Origin: a virus
Taxonomy: Duplodnaviria > Heunggongvirae > Uroviricota > Caudoviricetes
Strand: one strand, 5' to 3'
Length of the DNA stretch: 64,000 nt
Virus record (IMG/VR): IMGVR_UViG_3300028887_000087
The position numbers and the translations under genes are program-made. The stretch's first letter is position 1. Each line of letters opens with the position of its first letter. Below, piece after piece: positions 55,484-62,961 of the stretch. The notes beneath the pieces were generated by a model. That model searched no databases. It had not been told where the DNA came from and saw only the letters and a program-made list of their open reading frames with translations.

Positions 55484-56062
55484 ATGGCAAGAATTGGTAT
55501 TTTTGGTGGCACATTTGACCCGTTCACTCCTGGGCACGCCGCAGTTTCTACAAAAGCTTTCGAACAGCTTAATCTTGATAAGTTGATTATCGTACCTACG
55601 ACAGTCAACTACTACCGTTCCGATAAGCGCTATCTTTTCACTTACGATGAAAAGCTCAAAATTATTCGGGACTTTATGACTGGGTTCAAATACCCAACCG
55701 AAATCGACACAATCGAGCAGGACAAAGATGGCTCTTGGAGAACAATTGATTTGGTTCAGTATTTCCGTCAGAAGTTCCCAAAAGATAAGTTGATTTTGAT
55801 TATTGGTGAAGACTCTTACAACGAGTTCAGAACTTGGACACGCTGGAGAGAAATCCTTGAATATGTTGAACTTGCAGTTGCAAATCGTTGTCAGAAATCA
55901 AACGAATGGAAGCCACAGGAAGAAGTACCTGCTCTCCCAATCAATATGGGAGACCGCTTCGAAGATTGTTCTGCAACAGTTGTAAGAAACAAACTTATTG
56001 AAGAAGTAATGGACTTGTACTTATCTGATAAAGATTGGTACGCTAATCTTGGAGGGCTTTAA
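55484..56062 (+). CDS. nadD: nicotinate/nicotinamide mononucleotide adenylyltransferase (NadD-like)
   Basis: GIFGGTFDPFTPGH (HxGH NT motif), ISAT-like C-terminal motif; AAGGAG RBS. Confidence 0.8.
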   Translation: MARIGIFGGTFDPFTPGHAAVSTKAFEQLNLDKLIIVPTTVNYYRSDKRYLFTYDEKLKIIRDFMTGFKYPTEIDTIEQDKDGSWRTIDLVQYFRQKFPKDKLILIIGEDSYNEFRTWTRWREILEYVELAVANRCQKSNEWKPQEEVPALPINMGDRFEDCSATVVRNKLIEEVMDLYLSDKDWYANLGGL

Positions 56063-56271
56063 TGAAAACTTGGATGCGTTATGTAAACTTCGGTATTTCC
56101 GTTTTGATTGCTATTGGCGGTTTTCTTTATATTATTGACGGAATAAAAGACGGAGATATGGGAAGGCTTGCAGCAGGATGGGTTATGTTGGTCTATTCAA
56201 AACTTTGTAAGATGGACGATGACCTTTACGAAGTCAAAGATGATATTAAACAATTAAAAATAAAGAAGTAA
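56062..56271 (+). CDS. small membrane protein (69 aa)
   Basis: ATGA coupling; one TM helix. Confidence 0.4.
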   Translation: MKTWMRYVNFGISVLIAIGGFLYIIDGIKDGDMGRLAAGWVMLVYSKLCKMDDDLYEVKDDIKQLKIKK

Positions 56272-56280
56272 AAATTGCAA

Positions 56281-56307
56281 GTCGGTCGAAAGGCCGACTA
56301 ATTTTTT
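56281..56307 (+). terminator. Rho-independent terminator (GTCGGTC-GAAAG-GCCGAC + T6)
   Basis: GC stem-loop then ATTTTTT. Confidence 0.7.
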
Positions 56308-56718
56308 ATGGCAAATCAATATTTGAAATTAGACCCAATAGATGACGACCCTCTTCAAGTACACGGCGGAGAAGGCGGACAAGTAAAGCCTAAACAAAAA
56401 TGGCCTGTGACTACTACGACTTTAGCAGGATTGAACAATAAAAGCTTAGCAAAAGAATTGTGGGATGCTTTAGGTAGCGATAAAAAAGCAGCAGGTGTAA
56501 ATGACTCAAACTTCGCTTCCGCTGTAAATATGGTTATGGGTCTTTCAACAAAAGTTTCTATCGGCGATAAGACTTATTGGTTTATCAAAAAGAAAGAAGC
56601 CACCGCTTTTGAAGAAAAACTTGGCGATGATTGCGAAGATTCATCAAAAGCTGATGGCGAATACAATTCAAACAACTTCGTTAAAAAAGTTTCTGATATT
56701 TTCAACGAAATAAAATAA
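56308..56718 (+). CDS. hypothetical protein (136 aa)
   Basis: ORF starting immediately after terminator T-tract. Confidence 0.5.
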   Translation: MANQYLKLDPIDDDPLQVHGGEGGQVKPKQKWPVTTTTLAGLNNKSLAKELWDALGSDKKAAGVNDSNFASAVNMVMGLSTKVSIGDKTYWFIKKKEATAFEEKLGDDCEDSSKADGEYNSNNFVKKVSDIFNEIK

Positions 56719-57036
56719 TTACTTTCCTTCTACATCTTCTTCTTTAGCTTCTGTGTTAGCAATTGAAGGCTTATCATTCTTTTTTGTTTCAAAACCTTGC
56801 AATGCTTTATTTCCACCAATTATACCTGTTATCACTCCAAGCAATAAAGCTACTGAAGCGTAAAACTCATTAGGAATAGGTTTGCCTAAAAAGTGGCCAA
56901 CTATACCTGAGATAATTGTGATAACAACAATATAAAGGTCTGCTTTTACAACTGAAGCGAAAGCCCATCTTGTACTTGAAATTGTTGTGTCGTCGTCTGC
57001 GATTTCGCGTATTGAAATTAAGTCCCTTTTCTTCAT
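56719..57036 (-). CDS. small two-TM membrane protein (only minus-strand gene)
   Basis: rc RBS AGGAG 5 nt before ATG; two hydrophobic helices, charged termini. Confidence 0.55.
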   Translation of the reverse strand: MKKRDLISIREIADDDTTISSTRWAFASVVKADLYIVVITIISGIVGHFLGKPIPNEFYASVALLLGVITGIIGGNKALQGFETKKNDKPSIANTEAKEEDVEGK

Positions 57037-57134
57037 AATAAACTCCTAAAATAATTAGTCATAATTAGTAGGAAATTTTTTCATCAGCCCGCACTATAGC
57101 TTTTTTAAACTCATAAACTAATTATTAAAATTAT

Positions 57135-57149
57135 CCGAAGAGTCTTCGG
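57135..57149 (+). promoter_or_regulatory. perfect 7-bp hairpin CCGAAGA-G-TCTTCGG in 5' leader of 957-aa gene
   Basis: seen directly, 3 nt upstream of AAAGGAG RBS. Confidence 0.4.
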
Positions 57150-57165
57150 GTAAAGGAGATATTCA

Positions 57166-60039
57166 ATGGGTTCAAAAAATTCTTGGCGCTTGCAGTTCAT
57201 TGATATTGATAGTTCATTCACAATCAATACTGAAGCAAGCACAATCAAGGGCTATATGGTTGTAAGAGCTCCTAAGGGTGAAAAGAATCCTTATTATTTT
57301 GAAAAAGGTAATATGGAAGCTATTTACGCTATGGTTGGTGTTCCTACATCAAATTGGCCTGACCTTTATGAGGCAGAAGCTTTCAACCAAGAGTACGGTT
57401 TGTACATCTCTGCTCCTGCAGGTTCTTCAGCTTCATATCCTTCATACTTCGGCGGTTCTTACATCACAAGTAAAGGTCTTATCGACTTCTACAATGTCAC
57501 AGGTAAGGACGTAGTTGACTATACACAAATGGTTCAGGTTGGCTTTGAAAACGCTCAAGGCTACAGAGATTCAAATGTAAACATTATCGTTAACCCAGAA
57601 GGCGTTGGCGGTGAATCAGGTTATCCTACAGGTGCACTTCCTGACGGAACAAAAGACAACCTCGCAGTTTACATCACAGGTATTACTGCAAAAGTTTGGG
57701 CAAATGTTCAGGAAATTGGTCTCAACTATTGGGGAGACGAAAAGTCAGGATTTGAGGAAGGTGTTTACTACTACTCTGTAAACAAAACTGACCACAAACT
57801 TTATGTTGAAAACGCAGACGGAGACGTCGTAACAGACTTCTATTGTGGTGTTTGGTGGAAGGCAGAAGATGGTACATATTCTGTAATGATTGGTGGTAAT
57901 TCTTGGGTTATCAACAACTCATCATTCAAGACAGGACAGGCAACTGCTCTCAATACTCTTGCAGAACTTGGTATCACAGCAACTTCTACAAACGATTACA
58001 ACAATTCAGACGCTCCACTTTTGACTTTGACAGACCTCTTGCCAAATGTTGAATTGGCTTGTGCAATGCAGTCTTCAAAATACTCTTGGAATAATGTTGT
58101 TGCTTACCTCGAAGATGGCAACTCATTCGGTGCTGCAGGTGCTGCAGTTGACCCTAACTTCCTTGGTGTTGAAATTATCGTAGATAGCGAACAGGGCAAG
58201 ACAATGTATGAGACAACTTCTACATACGTTTCTCCAAAGAACCGCTATCAGGGTATTACTTGGTTGCTCAACGTAAAGGCTGATACATACGGATATATCG
58301 TTCAGAAGTCTCCTGCTGAGGTGACAACTGAAGTTACTATTACAGGCATCGGTTATGATAAATGGAAGTACGATTTCGCGGCTCCTCTTATCATTGGTGA
58401 CCTTAAGAAAATTGACCGTTCAGTTCTTGACAATTTGAACTACAACAATGACGACAACTTGTTCTTGAACATTGAAGGTTCTTACTCAAGCAACGCTCTT
58501 ATCGTTCCAGAAAAAGCTGCTGCTGCAAAGAAAATCAAGTTGTATTCTTACAACCCAGATTTGGATAAGACAAAGTATCCTACAGCTGCTAAGGCTTCTG
58601 CAAATGTTGGTGAGTCTTACTTGACACAGTCAATCTTGATTTACGGTGTAAAGGTTTTGAACAACAACGCTGAAACAGCAACTCAGCTTGATGACAACAC
58701 AACAACACTTCAGATTGACCACGAAATCGTTTACGTTGTATCTCCTTCAAACTTCCAGTTTGAAGCAGAGGATGATAAGAATTATCCATTGGTTAAGGAC
58801 ATCAACTTCAACACAATGACATTCAACGTAAAAGAGGAAGTTTACCCAGGTGAAATGATGAGCGGTGGTGAGTTCACTGGTTCGTTCGATGAAAAGGGTA
58901 AAGACGGATTTGGTGCAAACATTTATTGGCCAAACGTACTCAACGATGACGATATGTCATTCATTGAAATCCATCCTGACAAGACTTTTGACGAAGATCT
59001 TGACTCACACGGTATTTATACAAAGAAACGTATCGTTGATGACAAATTGACATACGATGCAGAAGGAAACATTGTTCCTGTGACATACAAACTCAAGCTC
59101 AAAGGTCAGCGTTATGCTACTTATGCAGTTGAGAAAAACCTTGCTGAAGGAACAGTTGGTGGTTCTTGGCGCGATGAGTTTATGATGATTGTTAAGCAGG
59201 GTTGGACTGAAGCATTCGATGCTCAGTACGACGACGTATATGTATTTATGGATCCTACAGGACAGGAATTCGTACATACACAGCACGCTTCACTTGTTGA
59301 AACACACAAGCTTGCAATGGCAATTTCACCTAAGCTTATTACTCAGGGTGAGTTCGCAAATCCTTCAAAACTCACTGTTACTGGTCGTTCTAAACAAACT
59401 GCTCAGTATGCAGGTGAATTCCAGTTCTACGATGCTTACACAGGTAAGTCATTCTGGATGATGCCTATTGGTGATGTTGGTTTGATGTACTGCCGTATCA
59501 TCGAAAAGAAGATGGGTGGTTGGGCTCCTGCTTGGTACAATTACAACAATATGGGTGGTCAGTTGCCTCGTGCAATTCTCAAAGCTCGTTGGAACTTCTC
59601 TGACTCAGCAACAAAGATTATGGATGAAAAGGGTATCAACCCAATCGTTTATAACGCTGATGATGGTTTGATGTGTGTATCATCAAAGACAACTCAGGAC
59701 CCTAACAACGTCACAGACTGGTCTGAAGTAGGTCACGTACTTGCATTCTTGCTCTGTAAGCGTGAAATCCGCGACAACGTAATGCGTCAGCAGATTAAGA
59801 AACCTATTGATGATTACTGGATGGGTGTTCGTCAGGAACAGGTTGAGGCAATCCTCGCAAAGAGAACTGTTGGTTCAAACAAGATTTGGGCAAAAGCAGT
59901 TTGCGATATTGCAGGTGTAAACAACGATACAACAAAAGCTATGAAGAAGTTCTACATTTACGTTAAAGTAAAGGTAAACGTATTCTCAGAATATGTTGTA
60001 CTCGTATTCGAGAACGTTGGGCAGACAACTAACATATAA
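57166..60039 (+). CDS. 957-aa protein, probable major virion structural (capsid-like) protein
   Basis: Own leader with hairpin + strong RBS, strong terminator downstream; composition typical of highly expressed structural protein; no motif match. Confidence 0.55.
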   Translation: MGSKNSWRLQFIDIDSSFTINTEASTIKGYMVVRAPKGEKNPYYFEKGNMEAIYAMVGVPTSNWPDLYEAEAFNQEYGLYISAPAGSSASYPSYFGGSYITSKGLIDFYNVTGKDVVDYTQMVQVGFENAQGYRDSNVNIIVNPEGVGGESGYPTGALPDGTKDNLAVYITGITAKVWANVQEIGLNYWGDEKSGFEEGVYYYSVNKTDHKLYVENADGDVVTDFYCGVWWKAEDGTYSVMIGGNSWVINNSSFKTGQATALNTLAELGITATSTNDYNNSDAPLLTLTDLLPNVELACAMQSSKYSWNNVVAYLEDGNSFGAAGAAVDPNFLGVEIIVDSEQGKTMYETTSTYVSPKNRYQGITWLLNVKADTYGYIVQKSPAEVTTEVTITGIGYDKWKYDFAAPLIIGDLKKIDRSVLDNLNYNNDDNLFLNIEGSYSSNALIVPEKAAAAKKIKLYSYNPDLDKTKYPTAAKASANVGESYLTQSILIYGVKVLNNNAETATQLDDNTTTLQIDHEIVYVVSPSNFQFEAEDDKNYPLVKDINFNTMTFNVKEEVYPGEMMSGGEFTGSFDEKGKDGFGANIYWPNVLNDDDMSFIEIHPDKTFDEDLDSHGIYTKKRIVDDKLTYDAEGNIVPVTYKLKLKGQRYATYAVEKNLAEGTVGGSWRDEFMMIVKQGWTEAFDAQYDDVYVFMDPTGQEFVHTQHASLVETHKLAMAISPKLITQGEFANPSKLTVTGRSKQTAQYAGEFQFYDAYTGKSFWMMPIGDVGLMYCRIIEKKMGGWAPAWYNYNNMGGQLPRAILKARWNFSDSATKIMDEKGINPIVYNADDGLMCVSSKTTQDPNNVTDWSEVGHVLAFLLCKREIRDNVMRQQIKKPIDDYWMGVRQEQVEAILAKRTVGSNKIWAKAVCDIAGVNNDTTKAMKKFYIYVKVKVNVFSEYVVLVFENVGQTTNI

Positions 60040-60060
60040 GTTGATTTGATATAAATGCAA

Positions 60061-60084
60061 AGGTGGACGCAAGTCCACCTTTTT
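60061..60084 (+). terminator. Rho-independent terminator (AGGTGGAC-GCAA-GTCCACCT + T4)
   Basis: perfect 8-bp stem, GCAA loop, TTTT. Confidence 0.8.
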
Positions 60085-60108
60085 ATTACTTAGGTAAACT
60101 AAATATAT

Positions 60109-60522
60109 ATGAAAGAAGAATTATTTGAAAGTATCTTAAAAGAGGCTGACGGTTTTACAATCGGAAACACAACTGTTTTACCAACGCCTGAGCCTTCTTC
60201 ATCACAGGCTAAATTATCATACACAAGACCTAACGTTGATGCAAAGCACGGCTATTATGCAATCATCAAATATATTGTAGAACACCCATTCTGCAAGAGA
60301 CGTGAAATTTTAGATAATCTTTGGCACGAGTATGTTTCTCGTGGTCAGTGGAGTTCAGTATTCAAAGCTTTGCATTACGATGGTTTCTTCCGTATTACAA
60401 ATAAGTGGGAATACATCCCAACAGGAAAGGCTGTTGACTTTATTGCAAAACACGAAGGAAGAGAGATTATAAATCCTTCTGAAGAAGAGATTGAAGATCA
60501 CGAAGCAGACGAGGAAGAATAA
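60109..60522 (+). CDS. hypothetical protein (137 aa)
   Basis: ORF. Confidence 0.45.
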   Translation: MKEELFESILKEADGFTIGNTTVLPTPEPSSSQAKLSYTRPNVDAKHGYYAIIKYIVEHPFCKRREILDNLWHEYVSRGQWSSVFKALHYDGFFRITNKWEYIPTGKAVDFIAKHEGREIINPSEEEIEDHEADEEE

Positions 60523-61769
60523 TGGGAAAGATAGCGGTTCTTGCTTGGGGAAGAATGAATCCTCCAACAATTGGACATCTTAAGTTAGTTGACACTGTAA
60601 AAGATTTGGCAATTGACAATAACGGTGAGCCTTTTGTTTACTTATCTCATTCTGTCGATAAAAAAGGTGAAAACAAAAATCCTCTCCCATACGAATTGAA
60701 AATCAAATATGCACAAAAAGCTTTCGGTGATTGTGTAAAAGCATCAGACGCAAAAACTGTTATCTTTGCTCTTCACGAGATATACGAACAAGGCTTTACT
60801 GATTTGATTTATGTTGGCGGAGAAGATCGTATTGGCGGTGATGGCGACATTACTGAAATGATTGAAAAGTATAATGGATTTGAAGCAAAGAACCCTGCGA
60901 TGTATTACAAGTTTGACACAATCAGATTTGAAAGCGCAGGTGCTCGTGACGACAATTCTGAAGATTTGACAACAAAGGCTTCTGCATCTTATGTACGCAA
61001 ACTTGTTCTTGAAGGCGACCACGAAATGTTTTTGAAAATGGTTCCTCTTGAGAATGATGATGCTGAAGATATGTGGGAAGACTTGAGAAGTATTATGGTA
61101 AGCAAAGAAGCAATGTTTGAAAGTCTTCTTAACCCTAAACTTCAGGAAAGTGTTGACCCAGTAGTTGCAGTTTCTGCAACAGCTTATATTGGCTTAATGG
61201 CAGCTGCACTTGTTGGTTTCGGTCGTTCAGTTTATCAATACCTTAGAGAGCCTATTGATGAAGCTGAAAAAAGTGGAGATGTTGAAGTTGTTAAAACAGA
61301 CTCTTTACTTACAAAGGCAAAAGCGTATCTTAAAGATCTTAAGGACAACTTTTTGAATAATGATGAGTTCAAATTGACCGAAGAGGAAATTGCTCAGCTT
61401 GATAAAATTATCGGTGAAGTTGTTGAAAGTAAATATGTAAATGGCAAAGTTTCTCTTGGTACACTTACTTGGGGTGTACTTGCAAGATTGAAAAGAGAAT
61501 GCCCAGAAGTATTCAATAAGATGAATGATAAGGCTCGTAACAGAATAAGTTTTGAACATCAAGATGATTTCTTCGATTATGTTTACGATAAAACAGATCG
61601 TGCACATAGTGAGAAGTTCCCAAAGTATCATCCATTGTCAGATTCACCAAATGCTAAACGAGCATATTACAATAAACAGTTTAAAGATGAATATGGTATC
61701 AAAAGCTTAGCAGCTCAACACCATAACAGAGATATAGGTCGTAACATAAAAGGGGATATAAATGCTTAA
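60522..61769 (+). CDS. nucleotidyltransferase-superfamily protein (HxGH-type, NadM/cytidylyltransferase-like N-domain) + unknown C-terminal domain
   Basis: VLAWGRMNPPTIGHLKLV (cf. GRFQPFHKGH), SASYVRKL (cf. ISSTxIR); ATGA coupling. Confidence 0.45.
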   Translation: MGKIAVLAWGRMNPPTIGHLKLVDTVKDLAIDNNGEPFVYLSHSVDKKGENKNPLPYELKIKYAQKAFGDCVKASDAKTVIFALHEIYEQGFTDLIYVGGEDRIGGDGDITEMIEKYNGFEAKNPAMYYKFDTIRFESAGARDDNSEDLTTKASASYVRKLVLEGDHEMFLKMVPLENDDAEDMWEDLRSIMVSKEAMFESLLNPKLQESVDPVVAVSATAYIGLMAAALVGFGRSVYQYLREPIDEAEKSGDVEVVKTDSLLTKAKAYLKDLKDNFLNNDEFKLTEEEIAQLDKIIGEVVESKYVNGKVSLGTLTWGVLARLKRECPEVFNKMNDKARNRISFEHQDDFFDYVYDKTDRAHSEKFPKYHPLSDSPNAKRAYYNKQFKDEYGIKSLAAQHHNRDIGRNIKGDINA

Positions 61770-62073
61770 GAATTATTTCAATGATGATAAATTGTTTGAG
61801 TCAGTTTACAACGAAGGCAAATGCGGTGCTCCTAGCGGACACTGTGGCGCAGACAAATTGACTTGCGGTGGCGGTGGTGGCTGCGGATTCAAGGAATCAG
61901 TAATGAAAGAATCAAATGATTATTCTTCTGACTCATACGCAATTGGTGGCTGCGGTGCACTCGGATATGTTAACTATTGTAAAGTAGGTAGGTTTGTTGT
62001 TGTAAAAAGCCGCTTACACGGAGAAGTTATTGGTGAACTTCTTGGTTATGTTCCTAAGGACATTGATGACTAG
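61762..62073 (+). CDS. Cys/Gly-rich small protein, tandem duplicate A
   Basis: MLKNYFNDDKLFESVY...CGGGGGCGFKES...LLGYVPKDIDD. Confidence 0.45.
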   Translation: MLKNYFNDDKLFESVYNEGKCGAPSGHCGADKLTCGGGGGCGFKESVMKESNDYSSDSYAIGGCGALGYVNYCKVGRFVVVKSRLHGEVIGELLGYVPKDIDD

Positions 62074-62082
62074 GAGATAAGA

Positions 62083-62436
62083 ATGCTTAAGAATTATTTT
62101 AATGACGACAAACTTTTTGAGTCAGTATACAAAATGAATGAAGATTGTGGTGGTAATAGCGGTTGCGGAAGATCAGAAGAAAACAACAGCAGCTGCGGTG
62201 GTTCAGGTTGTGGATTCAGGGAATCAATAAAGCTTCACGAATGCGGAAGTAGTGGCTATAGTTATTCAGGTTCATCTTGCGGCGGTTCAGGATATTCTTC
62301 TTCAGGCTGTGGTGGCTGGTCTAGTCATTCTTCTTCACACTCTTGTGAAATTGGAAGAAGAGTTAGGATTATTATAGATGGTAGTTGTGGTGGATTAACT
62401 GAAGTTGGGCGCCTTTTAGGATATGCTGACGACTAA
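62083..62436 (+). CDS. Cys/Gly/Ser-rich small protein, tandem duplicate B
   Basis: Same N-terminus (MLKNYFNDDKLFESVY), CGGSGCGFRES, LLGYADD. Confidence 0.45.
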   Translation: MLKNYFNDDKLFESVYKMNEDCGGNSGCGRSEENNSSCGGSGCGFRESIKLHECGSSGYSYSGSSCGGSGYSSSGCGGWSSHSSSHSCEIGRRVRIIIDGSCGGLTEVGRLLGYADD

Positions 62437-62456
62437 TAATTAAAGTTGACTTTTTC

Positions 62457-62484
62457 AGGACAGGTTTACGCCTGTCCTTTTTTT
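62457..62484 (+). terminator. Rho-independent terminator (AGGACAGG-TTTACG-CCTGTCCT + T7)
   Basis: perfect 8-bp stem then TTTTTTT. Confidence 0.8.
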
Positions 62485-62492
62485 GTTAATAT
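62485..62492 (+). promoter_or_regulatory. class-2 TGTTAATAT box 6 nt before ATG 62499 (leaderless candidate)
   Basis: tttgttaatatacctatATG; no SD. Confidence 0.4.
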
Positions 62493-62498
62493 ACCTAT

Positions 62499-62684
62499 AT
62501 GGAATTAACAAAGTTTGTGAATCAGCTTCAGGACATTGCTCATCAAGGTTATGCTATGTGTGACCTCGAAGTCCATATCGTGACACCTGACTCGGAAGCT
62601 GATGTTATTATCGAAAATCCAACAATAAGACCTCAAATTATCAACAATGAAAAAGTCAGATTAGTTCTTTCAAACGAAGACTAA
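62499..62684 (+). CDS. hypothetical protein (61 aa)
   Basis: ORF. Confidence 0.4.
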   Translation: MELTKFVNQLQDIAHQGYAMCDLEVHIVTPDSEADVIIENPTIRPQIINNEKVRLVLSNED

Positions 62685-62693
62685 TTATGGCAA

Positions 62694-62948
62694 ATGGTTG
62701 AAGCTGATTTTGGTCGTGTTATCACGAAGAAAGAAACAACTGTTGGTACTGCTTACATATTTGATTTAATACCTTCTATGTGGGCAGTTATTGTATTTGA
62801 TGCAAATAGTCAAATCATTCTTTCAAGAAATTTCCCTTACAATGAATTGACTGAAAAAGAAATGTTTGCTACTTGCAAAACTTTTTATAAAAAAGTTAAA
62901 GATGTTCTTTTGAAGAAGGATGTTGATGCCTTAGAAGAAATGCTTTAA
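62694..62948 (+). CDS. hypothetical protein (84 aa)
   Basis: ORF. Confidence 0.4.
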   Translation: MVEADFGRVITKKETTVGTAYIFDLIPSMWAVIVFDANSQIILSRNFPYNELTEKEMFATCKTFYKKVKDVLLKKDVDALEEML

Positions 62949-62961
62949 CGTGGAGGATTAT

